Below are positions 28,233 through 38,046 of a stretch of 64,000 nt of DNA, one piece after another. This DNA is from a virus. The first letter of the stretch is position 1. Each line of letters opens with the position of its first letter. The notes beneath the pieces are model-generated. The model was not told the origin of the DNA and did no database searches. It saw only the letters and a program-made list of their open reading frames with translations. The position numbers and the translations under genes were made by a program. The DNA is taken from positions 5,471 to 69,470 of IMG/VR virus record IMGVR_UViG_3300020433_000743. One strand, written 5' to 3'.

Positions 28233-28259
28233 TGTTTTTCTCCGAGTGTATATTATTTA

Positions 28260-28373
28260 TTATAGTAATACAAGTATCAATGCGATTGTTGAAAGGATAA
28301 CAGAGATCTTAGGAAGCACAGTTGTTTTCTCTAATACTTCTACTCTTTTAACTACATCATTAAGTTTAGCCAT
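28260..28373 (-). CDS. Small membrane peptide (37 aa)
   Basis: MAKLNDVVKRVEVLEKTTVLPKISVILSTIALILVLL; TAATG overlap with the upstream gene. Confidence 0.5.
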   Translation of the reverse strand: MAKLNDVVKRVEVLEKTTVLPKISVILSTIALILVLL

Positions 28374-28825
28374 TATGTTGATTTTTTAGGGGGTACTACG
28401 GGTGCAATAGCAAGAGGTGCTTGTTCTATTCTAATGGTTTGAGCAGGTGCAGACTGTGCTGCTTTCTCAATTAACATCTCCATATCTTTTTTAGATATCT
28501 GTCCGTTAGGGCCACTTCCACCGCCCTTGTCCATCTTCATAGTTCCATCACCTTTCTTGCTTGCTGTTTGAATTCCAAAGCTAGCCAAAACCCCAGTGAA
28601 AACCGAGGCTATGAAAGTTGGATCTATTTTTTGTTGAGGCACACCTGGTATAGCCACGTAATTCAATGTTAGTATTCCACCTGACCAGACAAGAACACCC
28701 AGCCGTACAAGTGTACTGATAATGGCTGCTTGCTCTTCTGAATCAGGAATGATTGCTTCCTTTAACTTACCAAGAGGGCCTTTCTTCTCTTCTTTTTCTT
28801 CTTTTGCTTCGACTTTTTCAGCCAT
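28373..28825 (-). CDS. Conserved cyanophage membrane protein
   Basis: Two hydrophobic segments; IDPTFIASVFTGVLASFG. Confidence 0.75.
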   Translation of the reverse strand: MAEKVEAKEEKEEKKGPLGKLKEAIIPDSEEQAAIISTLVRLGVLVWSGGILTLNYVAIPGVPQQKIDPTFIASVFTGVLASFGIQTASKKGDGTMKMDKGGGSGPNGQISKKDMEMLIEKAAQSAPAQTIRIEQAPLAIAPVVPPKKST

Positions 28826-28857
28826 AGGAATAGGAATAACTATTCCTATATAGCAAC

Positions 28858-29100
28858 TTAAAGACCTAGAGGTGCAGAAGGTGCTGCAGGTGCAGCTTGA
28901 GGTGCTGTTGGAAGACCAGTTGTAGTAGGTAGTGAACCACCTATAGCACCTGGAAGTGCGTCACTAACTGCGTCCATAACTTTGGACTTAACGCTATCAA
29001 TGAGTTGATCTCTCTGTACATAAGTAAATATGCCCAACCCAATAACGGCAGCAGATACAACACCAGACGACAACGCGATGACATTTACGATTTTTTGCAT
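28858..29100 (-). CDS. Membrane-anchored hypothetical protein
   Basis: N-terminal TM helix and Pro/Ala tail. Confidence 0.7.
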   Translation of the reverse strand: MQKIVNVIALSSGVVSAAVIGLGIFTYVQRDQLIDSVKSKVMDAVSDALPGAIGGSLPTTTGLPTAPQAAPAAPSAPLGL

Positions 29101-29106
29101 TTTGTG

Positions 29107-29277
29107 TTAATGTTTTTTATATTCTTCATTATAGTACGCTTTGTAATAATTTACAAGGCCTATGGTGGTGACTTGATTGCTTGACCAATCAGTTGCACAC
29201 TTTTCTATACTATCAATAGTTGAGTGAGGGAACTTTCTATTCAATATTCCTTTCGCTTGTTCTTTAATTGTATTCAT
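29107..29277 (-). CDS. Small hypothetical protein (56 aa)
   Basis: MNTIKEQAKGILNRKFPHSTIDSIEKCATDWSSNQVTTIGLVNYYKAYYNEEYKKH. Confidence 0.55.
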   Translation of the reverse strand: MNTIKEQAKGILNRKFPHSTIDSIEKCATDWSSNQVTTIGLVNYYKAYYNEEYKKH

Positions 29278-29470
29278 CATCTCCAAGATATTCTAATGAG
29301 TATATATCATGGACATCATCAGATGTGTGCAAATCCAACCATTCCTCATACTCGTGAATTATAGCCCAAGCATCAGCCTCTCTACCTTCTTCGATTAATT
29401 CATTTAATCGTTTTACAGCATGAGTGTGAGTTGCATATAAACTACCGTCTAGAGGATTAGAAGTCTCCAT
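29264..29470 (-). CDS. Hypothetical protein
   Basis: 68-aa acidic ORF coupled to denA. Confidence 0.6.
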   Translation of the reverse strand: METSNPLDGSLYATHTHAVKRLNELIEEGREADAWAIIHEYEEWLDLHTSDDVHDIYSLEYLGDDEYN

Positions 29471-29885
29471 AATCTTTCTTCATGTATCTACCTAGAATAT
29501 TGCTATTATAATATGCAGGAGTTCCATCGTCAAGAGCTTCCATCAAAACATTATTTAAAAATAATTGTTTTGTCTCTTCGTAATTTACCTTTCCGAGGGT
29601 GGTATGGAGGGATAAGATTTCTCTGGAAAAATTTTCCTTTCCATAGGTGGATATGTCGGACTTGAGTTCTGGCGAACTTCCATAATACTTTTTCCAATCT
29701 GACTCAGAAGTAACTCTACGCTTTCCTCCCTTTGGTTTACGTTTTTGCACAAAGTACTTTCTACCGATGTACTTTTTACCTGTTGACTTATTAGTAATGA
29801 GGTAGACGTAACCGAAGAAGTCGCCAATATCGTCAGAAGTGAAAGCTGTACCTTTGTAGTACCAGGGATTTTCATACTTCTCCAT
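29457..29885 (-). CDS. denA: Endonuclease II (GIY-YIG family)
   Basis: GYVYLITN...KYIGRK, ESDWKKYYGSS and YNSNI; T4-like position next to nrdB. Confidence 0.85.
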   Translation of the reverse strand: MEKYENPWYYKGTAFTSDDIGDFFGYVYLITNKSTGKKYIGRKYFVQKRKPKGGKRRVTSESDWKKYYGSSPELKSDISTYGKENFSREILSLHTTLGKVNYEETKQLFLNNVLMEALDDGTPAYYNSNILGRYMKKDYGDF

Positions 29886-30126
29886 CTTCAGCAGGTGTCT
29901 CTGGTGTTGGAGGTTCCTCTACATCTGCTAGAATATTATCAATCTCAGTAGCAGAGAACTTACCTGTTGCTTCTAGTTCATCTCTTTTACTTATAGCACC
30001 TGCAGGAGGATCATATGGCTCTGGTGTTACAGGTGTATCATCTGGAGGAGTCTTGGTGGGATCTGTAATGTTCTTCCATATATCACCAATATCCTTCAGT
30101 TCTTTAGGATCTAATGTAGGTTGCAT
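29872..30126 (-). CDS. Acidic Pro-rich hypothetical protein
   Basis: 84-aa ORF after a CTAAATA box. Confidence 0.6.
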   Translation of the reverse strand: MQPTLDPKELKDIGDIWKNITDPTKTPPDDTPVTPEPYDPPAGAISKRDELEATGKFSATEIDNILADVEEPPTPETPAEDGEV

Positions 30127-30161
30127 AACTAATACAAATTATTGTAAAAATATTTAGACAC

Positions 30162-30187
30162 AAAAAAAAGAGGATTAAGAATCCTCT
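30162..30187 (-). terminator. Rho-independent terminator
   Basis: AGAGGATT-CTT-AATCCTCT followed by a T run. Confidence 0.65.
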
Positions 30188-30552
30188 GTATCTTTATATA
30201 CTTCATATGCATCGTATTCACCGAACAACCATGCATCTGCTTTTGCTGCTTCACGATATGCTTCAATACTCATATCTTTCAAACCTTCTACCTCTGATTC
30301 AGTTTCAACATATTTAACTCTGGGTTGTGTGTATCCATCCCAACCTTTATGAATCTCTCTGATTTGTTCATCCACACTATTCATTTCCATTTTAATTTTA
30401 CCCTCAATCCAAAATTCTTTTAACCATGCAACAAATCCTAATGCTAGATGTTGGATAAATGGATTCTTAAATTTCTTCTTAACCCATCTCTCGGCCTTTG
30501 CGTACCAAGGATCTGTGCCCTTGCCGAACTGTTTTTCGAATTCTATTTTCAT
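30175..30552 (-). CDS. Hypothetical protein
   Basis: 125-aa ORF. Confidence 0.65.
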   Translation of the reverse strand: MKIEFEKQFGKGTDPWYAKAERWVKKKFKNPFIQHLALGFVAWLKEFWIEGKIKMEMNSVDEQIREIHKGWDGYTQPRVKYVETESEVEGLKDMSIEAYREAAKADAWLFGEYDAYEVYKDTEDS

Positions 30553-30753
30553 TTAAAAAGATGAGTCTATGAGTGTTGATTCGTCAATATCAATTTCAGA
30601 ATATGTAAGGCCATCCCAGTAAGAGTGGTACAGCCTTCCCCAAATCACATCAAATTCTTCTTGGTTTAAATTTTTAAATAAACACTTGTCATGTAGATAT
30701 ACATGATATGTTTTATTAGAGTTTAAAACCTGAGAAGGTGTCTTTTTTAACAT
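30553..30753 (-). CDS. Hypothetical protein
   Basis: YHVYLHDKCLFKNL...WGRLY; follows nrdB. Confidence 0.6.
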   Translation of the reverse strand: MLKKTPSQVLNSNKTYHVYLHDKCLFKNLNQEEFDVIWGRLYHSYWDGLTYSEIDIDESTLIDSSF

Positions 30754-31897
30754 CTTGTTTAATTCCTCCTACAATGTAAGATTCTACTTCAGTTTCTTGT
30801 GGTGCAACTTGTAATCCTTTTGAGGATATCCAATGCTCTGTCCATGGTAATGGATTGTTTCTGATTGGTACATCATAAACAGGTTTAAGACCTATTGATC
30901 TCATACGCTTGTTAGCGACCCACTCAACATACTGTTGTAGTAATTTATGATTAAGTCCAATCATAGAACCATCTTTAAAGAGATACTCTGCCCATCTCTT
31001 TTCCTCATCAACAGTATTCATAAATGCTTGGATTATCCATGGTTCTTGCTCTTTAGCAATTTGAAGCATTTCTGGATCATCACCTTTTTTCCAATTATTT
31101 AGAATGTTTTGGGTGATTGCGAGGTGTTGATTTTCATCTCTTGCAATGAGGGAGATGATCTTTGCAGATCCTTCCATGAGTTTGAGTTCACCAAAAGCAA
31201 AGCTACAAGCAAAAGATACGTAAAAACGGATACCCTCAAGAATGTTAACATTAGCAACTGCCCTATATAAATGTTTTTTAAGATCTCTACGTGTCCATTC
31301 GGCATTGATATGATCTTTCCAACCCTCTCTCCAATTGTTACTTTGATCATACTCATGTGCTAGATTAATAAAATCATCATATGCTTTAGTAACACTGGAT
31401 GCACGTTCTAGGATTCTTTCGTCAGTAAGAATAGTATCAAACACCTCAGAGGGATCTGAATATACATTCTTAACTATGTAAGTGTATGAACGACTATGAA
31501 TCATTTCCATAAGTTGCCATACATTCATACAACCTTCCAACTCAGGAAGAGAACAATATGGTGCAAAAGCCATACCAGGTGCACGACCTTGAACACTATC
31601 TAACATTGTTTGATACTTTAAGTTAGATGTAAAGATATGCTTTTGTTGGTCATCTAATTGTTGATAGTCTCCCCTATCTTTCTGTAAGGAAACTTCTTCT
31701 GGTCTCCAAAAATATCCTAACTGAGACTTAGTTAAGTTCTCAAATGCAGGGTACTTAAAACCATCGTACCTCTGAACACCTAAAGGTGCACCAAAAAACA
31801 TTGGTTGTTTTTTAGTATCAACTTGTTCTGTATTAAATACAGTCATTGAATCAACCACTTTTCTCCTCTTGGTAGTAGAATTTTTTTTAAATTGCAC
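30716..31897 (-). CDS. nrdB: Ribonucleotide reductase class Ia beta subunit
   Basis: FWRPEEV, EMIHSRSY, LEGIRFYVSF, RDENQH and APQETE motifs. Confidence 0.97.
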   Translation of the reverse strand: MQFKKNSTTKRRKVVDSMTVFNTEQVDTKKQPMFFGAPLGVQRYDGFKYPAFENLTKSQLGYFWRPEEVSLQKDRGDYQQLDDQQKHIFTSNLKYQTMLDSVQGRAPGMAFAPYCSLPELEGCMNVWQLMEMIHSRSYTYIVKNVYSDPSEVFDTILTDERILERASSVTKAYDDFINLAHEYDQSNNWREGWKDHINAEWTRRDLKKHLYRAVANVNILEGIRFYVSFACSFAFGELKLMEGSAKIISLIARDENQHLAITQNILNNWKKGDDPEMLQIAKEQEPWIIQAFMNTVDEEKRWAEYLFKDGSMIGLNHKLLQQYVEWVANKRMRSIGLKPVYDVPIRNNPLPWTEHWISSKGLQVAPQETEVESYIVGGIKQDVKKDTFSGFKL

Positions 31898-34187
31898 AGC
31901 TCTCGCAGACCTCCTCTTCTGAATCCATTATATCATCGACTAAAGATTTTAATTCATTATCATCCGCATCTACATCATCTGACTTATTATCATATGTATT
32001 TTGATAATAAGAAGTCTTCCAACCATACTTATATGTAGTTAAAAGATCTTGTGCCATCACTGAAGTAGGAACCTCAGCACCCTCATATTGTTGTGGGTTA
32101 TAACTCCAGTTTCCGCTAATCGCTTGATCGAAGAATTTCTGCATAACAGCAACAATATTAATATATCCAATATTGCTAGGCATCTCCCAAAGAAGCGTAT
32201 AGTTATTCTTAAGGGTGTTATAAGAAGGAACAATTTGCTTAAGAGGGCCTTTCTTAGATTTTTTAACTGAGAGATAATCTCTTGGTGGTTCAATACCATT
32301 CGTTGCATTACAGACAACTGATGATGATTCGGATGGCATTTGTGCGGATAAGGTACTGTTTCGTACTCCATATTTTTTAACATCGTTTCTTAGTGTTTCC
32401 CAATCATAATGTAATTCATTAGGAACAATCTCATCAACGTCTTTTTTGTATGTGTCGATAGGTAATATACCGTGAGAATATTTAGTATTATCTGAATATT
32501 CACATGCTCCTTTTTCTTTTGCAAGTTGCACAGTTGATTTAATTAGATTGTATTGGAATGCTTCTGTAAGATCATGTACTAATTTCCATGCTTCTGCATC
32601 CCCATAATTATAACCATTCTTAGCAAGATAGTGTGCTAATCCTATGAAACCAACACCGAGGGATCTTCTTGCCTTTGTAGCGACTTCTGCTGCTCTGACG
32701 GGGTATCGTTGAAAATCAATAAGTTCATCAAGACTCCTAACAGTAAGATCGCAGAGGCTTTCAAGATCCGAAAGATCCCTAATTTTGCCAATATTAATAG
32801 CAGAAAGGATACAGAGAGCAATTTCCCCAGAGTCATCGTCAATATGTTGTATAGGTTTAGTTGGTAATGTAATCTCCTGACACAAGTTACTCATCTCTAC
32901 TTTATCAATAAATGATGAGTGAGAGTTGCAGTGGTCAATATTCATTATGTATATTCTACCAGTTTCTGCTCTTTCTTTCAAGAGGTCAAGTATTAATTCT
33001 TGAGCTCCGACTGTGATTCTTGGGATGGATTCATCCAATTCGTAACTGCAATATAACTCATCAAAGTCAGGGGTGCCAAAACTCTCAAACAAGTTAGGAC
33101 AATCATGAGGGGAAAAAAGCGAGATTTCCTTATTGTCGATAAACCTTTGGTAAAATAATTCACTTAACTGGATACTGTAGTCGAGTTTTCTGACTCGGTT
33201 GTCTTCTGTTCCTTTATTGTTTTTGAGGACGAGGATGTCTTGGATTTCTTTATGCCAGATAGGGAAGTGGACGGTTGCTGAACCACCTCTGATACCGTTC
33301 TGAGTACAGCATCGTACAGTTGCTTCAAATTTTTTAAGGAAGGGGACGACACCTGTGTGCTGAACTTCTCCCCCACGGATTTTAGAATTGATTCCCCTGA
33401 TTCTACCTGCGTTAATACCGATACCAGCCCTCTGTGCGACATATTTGCCAATAGCCATATCACTGCTAAAGATACTATCGAGGGTGTCATCAATATCAAC
33501 CAGAACACAAGATGCAAATTGACGAATGGGTGTTCGGACACCCGCCATGATCGGTGTCGGGATGTTGATCCTGTGCTTGGAGATTGCGTTGTAGTAGTTT
33601 CGGACATAATCAAGTCTAGTTTCTATAGGGTATTTTGAGAATATGGATGCTGCAATAAGCAAGTACATAAACTGTGGTGTCTCATATACTGCTCCTGTGC
33701 TTCTGTCTTGTACTAGATATTTATCTGCTACCTGACGAAGACCTGCATAGGTGAAGAGATAGTCTCTATCGTGATCTATGAACGACTGGAGTTTAACATA
33801 CTCCTCGTCAGAATACAAATCTAGTAACTCTTTGTCATATACTCCTGCATCTACACATCTAATCACATGATCCTTAACACTTGGATGCTCATGATAACGA
33901 CCATACAGACTCTTCCTGAGTCCAAAGAGAAGCAGTCTAGCAGCAACATATTGATAGTTAGGTGTATCTAAAGAAATTAAATCACTAGCAGACTTAACTA
34001 ATATCTCTTGTATCTCTGCAGTGGTAATACCATCATAGAACTGAATACCTGATTGTATTTCAACCTGACTTGCAGAAACTCCTGCAAGACCTTCACAGGC
34101 CATATCGACCATCTTATGCATTTTTTCAAGTTGAAGAGGTTCCATGCCTCTTCCATTACGCTTTTTAACGTTAATAACGTTGCTCAT
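31887..34187 (-). CDS. nrdA: Ribonucleotide reductase class Ia alpha subunit
   Basis: ATP cone, SNLCQEI, KTSYY and C-terminal CESCAI. Confidence 0.98.
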   Translation of the reverse strand: MSNVINVKKRNGRGMEPLQLEKMHKMVDMACEGLAGVSASQVEIQSGIQFYDGITTAEIQEILVKSASDLISLDTPNYQYVAARLLLFGLRKSLYGRYHEHPSVKDHVIRCVDAGVYDKELLDLYSDEEYVKLQSFIDHDRDYLFTYAGLRQVADKYLVQDRSTGAVYETPQFMYLLIAASIFSKYPIETRLDYVRNYYNAISKHRINIPTPIMAGVRTPIRQFASCVLVDIDDTLDSIFSSDMAIGKYVAQRAGIGINAGRIRGINSKIRGGEVQHTGVVPFLKKFEATVRCCTQNGIRGGSATVHFPIWHKEIQDILVLKNNKGTEDNRVRKLDYSIQLSELFYQRFIDNKEISLFSPHDCPNLFESFGTPDFDELYCSYELDESIPRITVGAQELILDLLKERAETGRIYIMNIDHCNSHSSFIDKVEMSNLCQEITLPTKPIQHIDDDSGEIALCILSAINIGKIRDLSDLESLCDLTVRSLDELIDFQRYPVRAAEVATKARRSLGVGFIGLAHYLAKNGYNYGDAEAWKLVHDLTEAFQYNLIKSTVQLAKEKGACEYSDNTKYSHGILPIDTYKKDVDEIVPNELHYDWETLRNDVKKYGVRNSTLSAQMPSESSSVVCNATNGIEPPRDYLSVKKSKKGPLKQIVPSYNTLKNNYTLLWEMPSNIGYINIVAVMQKFFDQAISGNWSYNPQQYEGAEVPTSVMAQDLLTTYKYGWKTSYYQNTYDNKSDDVDADDNELKSLVDDIMDSEEEVCESCAI

Positions 34188-35155
34188 ACCTTCTTCCAGT
34201 TGTTAAATTTAATTTTTGCTTCTAATCCCGAATATGTATTCGATTCTAATATGGGCATTATATCATACTTTGAAAGAACCATATCATTTATGTCCTTTTC
34301 CTTTATATTTTGTGGCCAGATAACAACACGCTCACCTCTGTCGATGGTAGATTCGATTCGTTTAAGAATCTCACTACTACGCGGCTCATTATCATACACC
34401 CATACAGGACGGCTAATACCCCACCCCCGAACATCACCGTCTGCACCGCACATTGCAATGCTATTTCGAATGAATGTTGCGTCGAAGGGGCCTTCTGTAA
34501 CATAGACTGTTTTTGTTTTGTTGATTTGTTCCAATCCGAACACTTTTGGTGCGTCATTATTAAACATCACAGTGATATATTTAACAAAGTTAGGGCCTAG
34601 AGCCCTTCCTTGAATCCCAATAAGATTACGTTCTGTATCATACATGGGAATAATAATTCGACTCTCATCCTTTTGGACAGAATCGAATGTTCTTTTTTTA
34701 GTATTTACCCAAGCTCTAAACTTCTTTGCAAAATAAAAGTTTGCAGGATCTAACATCCTTTTTTTAAGATACTCTTTTGCAATCGGAATCTCAGATGCTC
34801 TTGGAAGATCTAATTGTTTCTTAAAAATAGGTTTTTTAAATTCTAGTTTTGGTTCTTCTACAACAAAATTCTTACCAGTATAACCCTCTTTAAATTTCTC
34901 CATAGTATATTGTTTATGGAGTGTAGGATCTATCTGTTTTATAAAATTATTGAAGGACATACTAGCACCACAATTATGGCACTTGTAGTTGGTGTTAGTC
35001 TTAACTTGATATAAGTATCCTCTAGCCTTGTTTTTGTGCTTCTGAGAGTCACCACAGAGTGGACAACGAAAATTATATAAGTCTGCCTTCACTCTTTTAA
35101 ATTTTTGAAGACGTGAAGACACTAATCCAATAAACTTGGAATCAATGATATCCAT
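34184..35155 (-). CDS. gp61: DNA primase (T4 gp61)
   Basis: RCPLCGDS...CHNCG zinc finger and TOPRIM motifs EGPFD, DNEPR and KDIND. Confidence 0.95.
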   Translation of the reverse strand: MDIIDSKFIGLVSSRLQKFKRVKADLYNFRCPLCGDSQKHKNKARGYLYQVKTNTNYKCHNCGASMSFNNFIKQIDPTLHKQYTMEKFKEGYTGKNFVVEEPKLEFKKPIFKKQLDLPRASEIPIAKEYLKKRMLDPANFYFAKKFRAWVNTKKRTFDSVQKDESRIIIPMYDTERNLIGIQGRALGPNFVKYITVMFNNDAPKVFGLEQINKTKTVYVTEGPFDATFIRNSIAMCGADGDVRGWGISRPVWVYDNEPRSSEILKRIESTIDRGERVVIWPQNIKEKDINDMVLSKYDIMPILESNTYSGLEAKIKFNNWKKV

Positions 35156-35165
35156 GTGGATATTT

Positions 35166-35552
35166 CTATTTTGTTTGTATTATACTAGATTCTACTACTG
35201 GTGTCAACACACCGCCCATAATTCTTTGTCCAACAGGACTAACTAAGAAACTTATTATACTTAACGCACCAAAAATACTCCACATCTTCTTCTCCATGAT
35301 GCGAAGTCTTTCATCTACCTTGCGAATATCTCTCTCACACCCCTTCTTAATCTCTGTAGTAGAACGTGTGACTTCTTTGTGAAGCGATTCCACCTTCTCA
35401 AATAATACCGCATCTATTCTATCCTGCTTATCTAACTTTTCATTATGGACAGCAAGTAACTGACCCATCTTAACAGAGTTATCCTGTAAAGATTGAACTA
35501 CCTTTTCTAATCTTTCTAATATTGCTGCATTTACGTTGTTCTTATCTTCCAT
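35166..35552 (-). CDS. Coiled-coil protein with C-terminal TM helix
   Basis: LLAVHNEKL motif and TM tail; conserved slot next to gp61. Confidence 0.7.
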   Translation of the reverse strand: MEDKNNVNAAILERLEKVVQSLQDNSVKMGQLLAVHNEKLDKQDRIDAVLFEKVESLHKEVTRSTTEIKKGCERDIRKVDERLRIMEKKMWSIFGALSIISFLVSPVGQRIMGGVLTPVVESSIIQTK

Positions 35553-35556
35553 CTCT

Positions 35557-35733
35557 CTACTTCTGTGACCACCTCTTTCTAGCACCAGGCATCAATCCTC
35601 TTGCTAAGATTGGTGGTTTCTTTTTCTTGTTAAACACTGGAGGTGCTTCCCCTCCAACGGCTCCTGCAATAGCACCACCGCCAACATTGTTGACTGGTGC
35701 ATCTTCGTCCATGAATTGTCTAAAAGTTTTCAT
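35557..35733 (-). CDS. Small protein with capsid-targeting-like N-terminus
   Basis: MKTFRQFMDE start, followed by APVNNVGGGAIAG. Confidence 0.65.
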   Translation of the reverse strand: MKTFRQFMDEDAPVNNVGGGAIAGAVGGEAPPVFNKKKKPPILARGLMPGARKRWSQK

Positions 35734-36104
35734 TAGAGTTCTTGCAGTTGTTTTAAACATTCTTTGTCCTCGACAATATCATTAATTGCAGTTCGAGGAT
35801 ACTCCGCAATCCTATTCAGAAATACGAGAAAACTCTTTAGATAAGGCCAAAGATCTTCTTCTAAATTGTAAAACAATAATGCTACAGCAGCATCATCAAA
35901 TACGTTGAAGAGAACTGTTAGATGATTCAAAATAAGATGAACCTTAAGTTCACCTGTATTTTTATATCTTTTCAGTAATCTTTTTATGTATTTGATTCGC
36001 TTCAAATCATCCTCAAAGTCATCTCTAGTGAGAGCTTGGGGATTGTCGTAGAATTTTATAGCAAATAACAAATAGTTGTTTTCATTCAATTCATCAAATT
36101 TCAT
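35733..36104 (-). CDS. Conserved T4-like hypothetical protein
   Basis: FDELNE.N...DLKRIKYIKRL...LILNHL. Confidence 0.75.
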   Translation of the reverse strand: MKFDELNENNYLLFAIKFYDNPQALTRDDFEDDLKRIKYIKRLLKRYKNTGELKVHLILNHLTVLFNVFDDAAVALLFYNLEEDLWPYLKSFLVFLNRIAEYPRTAINDIVEDKECLKQLQEL

Positions 36105-36127
36105 ATCAAATCAAAGATTTATTTTAA

Positions 36128-36649
36128 TTAGCTATCAGGTAAGATTGCGTCGTCATTAGCATCACCAGTAATGAATCCATCTCCACCACCAGCAACTAGT
36201 GTTTCGGTCTTAACTCTTGCAACACCGTGCATATCTGTATATGTAGTAATTCCAACCCATCCAGAACATGCTGGTTTGTACTTGGAACCATCATCTCTTG
36301 CAGCTTGTGCTTCCGCTACATCTACACCGTAGATTTGATTAATACCGAAAGATCCACCTCTAACTTCATATAAAGGTGTCTCACGAATTTCGTAATCCAC
36401 ATCTGAGAATGAACCAGGAAGATCAAGTCTTTGTTCATCTAATGTGATTTGAGTATTGGAATCTATACTCTTGATTATACCCTGACCTGGCCCAGCACCA
36501 TCAGTTGCTAGTGTAAGTACTTGTCCTACTTTAACACCATTTCCTGCTGTCCAAGCAATACCTCCACTTTGTTTCGTTACTACTCCAGCAGTCGAACAGT
36601 TTACTTTTCCTGTAGAATAAACTGTATCTTTTTTACCCCAAAGAGGCAT
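36128..36649 (-). CDS. Putative virion structural protein
   Basis: MPLWG...GWVGITTY...RVKTETLVA family; directly downstream of a TATAAATA late promoter. Confidence 0.7.
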   Translation of the reverse strand: MPLWGKKDTVYSTGKVNCSTAGVVTKQSGGIAWTAGNGVKVGQVLTLATDGAGPGQGIIKSIDSNTQITLDEQRLDLPGSFSDVDYEIRETPLYEVRGGSFGINQIYGVDVAEAQAARDDGSKYKPACSGWVGITTYTDMHGVARVKTETLVAGGGDGFITGDANDDAILPDS

Positions 36650-36682
36650 AGCTCTATCTCCAAAAAATATTGTTTCTAGGAA

Positions 36683-36690
36683 TATTTATA
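36683..36690 (-). promoter_or_regulatory. T4-type late promoter
   Basis: Exact TATAAATA. Confidence 0.75.
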
Positions 36691-36693
36691 AAC

Positions 36694-36882
36694 TCAAGAA
36701 CCTAGTAGAGCCTTCTCTAGTGCAGCGACTAGTTGGTCATCTACTTTGTTGCCTGATTTAGCAGCAGCCTTTTTTAGTATTCCGATAACGAACACTTTGA
36801 TTTTGTCCTCTAGGTCTTCTGGGATTTTATCTACTGCTTTTTCTATAATATTAATAGCAATAGGTAGGAAAAATTTAGTCAT
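36694..36882 (-). CDS. Small hypothetical protein
   Basis: 62-aa amphipathic ORF (NKVDDQLV). Confidence 0.65.
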   Translation of the reverse strand: MTKFFLPIAINIIEKAVDKIPEDLEDKIKVFVIGILKKAAAKSGNKVDDQLVAALEKALLGS

Positions 36883-36916
36883 GATTAATTTATGATTGCT
36901 AATCTATATAGCAAGT

Positions 36917-37693
36917 TTAATCATAAACTTTTTTACCTGCCTTAATTCTACCTGATCCTTTTGCGTCTGAGAACTTTATTCCGTGTTTTCTACTATCTGA
37001 TCTTGTTGCGTCTGCTTGTTTTTTTGCTTTAGCTTCCTTTGCTTTCTTATAAAAATCCACAAACTTCTGTCTACTTTTTGCTCTGTCTTCGTAGTTTTCA
37101 ACCAATTTACCTTGTGGTTCGTAACCACAGTTCCACTTACGAAGTGACTTATTAATTCTTGAATCTGGATCTCTTGCAGTCTTAGCGGAGGTGAGTTTCT
37201 TTTTCATACCCTTCATTCTCTTACAGAATGATTTTCTCCTGTTCGCTGACTTAGATCCTTTCTTTAACTTAGATGGTTTAGTTGTAACAGGTGCTTTTAA
37301 ATCAGAACCAGGATTCTGTGCTTCGTAAGACTTTCTCCCTTTCTCATTTAAACCACCTTCACTATTCTTTCCTGCCTTTTTTGTCCATGCTGCACCTTCA
37401 CTGTGCACAATCTTTTCATCTTTCTCATTACGTGCAAGATTTTTTGCTCTTTCTTTTTTAGAGATCTTTGGCCCACCAATTGGATCTCCATACTCATCTC
37501 TCTTAATTGCTTCTTCTACCTTTTTCTTTTCGGGTAAACCTTTATGCTTAGTCTTTGCAAACTTCTTCGCATCCTTCATACTAATTTCACTAGCAACATC
37601 TGATACTTCAGATGAAGGATTCTTCATCTCACCCTTTTGGGCTGCACGAACCATCCCAAAAAATCTTTGTTGCTTTTTAGATACTGCTGGCAT
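36917..37693 (-). CDS. Basic modular protein (probable capsid-internal; DUF6321-like module)
   Basis: MPAVSKKQQRFFGMV module and GGLNEKGRKSY...RRKSFCKRM...SLRKWNC module. Confidence 0.65.
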   Translation of the reverse strand: MPAVSKKQQRFFGMVRAAQKGEMKNPSSEVSDVASEISMKDAKKFAKTKHKGLPEKKKVEEAIKRDEYGDPIGGPKISKKERAKNLARNEKDEKIVHSEGAAWTKKAGKNSEGGLNEKGRKSYEAQNPGSDLKAPVTTKPSKLKKGSKSANRRKSFCKRMKGMKKKLTSAKTARDPDSRINKSLRKWNCGYEPQGKLVENYEDRAKSRQKFVDFYKKAKEAKAKKQADATRSDSRKHGIKFSDAKGSGRIKAGKKVYD

Positions 37694-38046
37694 TAGGTTC
37701 CTAAGCCTCCTTTACGCACTGCCCGTACATTCACATAATCCTGTGTGCTCTTGTAACCTTTTGCTTTTGCTTTTGCATCTAATGCTTTGCTCTTTGCCTG
37801 TTGATCTTTTTTCTTTGCTAACATTTTAGTGTACTTACCAGTACCCTCATCAGACTTAGCACCTTTCACTTTCTTAGGTTCATTAGCACCCATGCGTTGT
37901 TTCGCATATTTTTTGGCTACATATTGAAATGCCTTATCATCTTTAGCAGTTCCACCCTTTGTTACGGGTTTACCTGTCTTGGTATCTGTACCCTTCTCTT
38001 TCTCAAAACGATTGAGTTCGGTTAAAAATTCTTCAAAATTTTTCAT
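37693..38046 (-). CDS. Basic protein with capsid-targeting-like N-terminus
   Basis: MKNFEEFLTE start; Lys-rich. Confidence 0.65.
   Translation of the reverse strand: MKNFEEFLTELNRFEKEKGTDTKTGKPVTKGGTAKDDKAFQYVAKKYAKQRMGANEPKKVKGAKSDEGTGKYTKMLAKKKDQQAKSKALDAKAKAKGYKSTQDYVNVRAVRKGGLGT

Noticed and set aside
29457-29885. GIY-YIG gene as a mobile homing endonuclease
   Set aside because: It is short, lacks a DNA-binding extension, and its sequence and position match endonuclease II (denA).
31099-34600. Multiple long alternative-frame and antisense ORFs over nrdA, nrdB and primase (e.g. 33164..33613, 34053..34505), and a locally higher-GC patch in nrdA
   Set aside because: They are shadows of conserved genes with no recognisable motifs or RBS. 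The GC patch could be recombination or codon conservation, which cannot be decided by eye.
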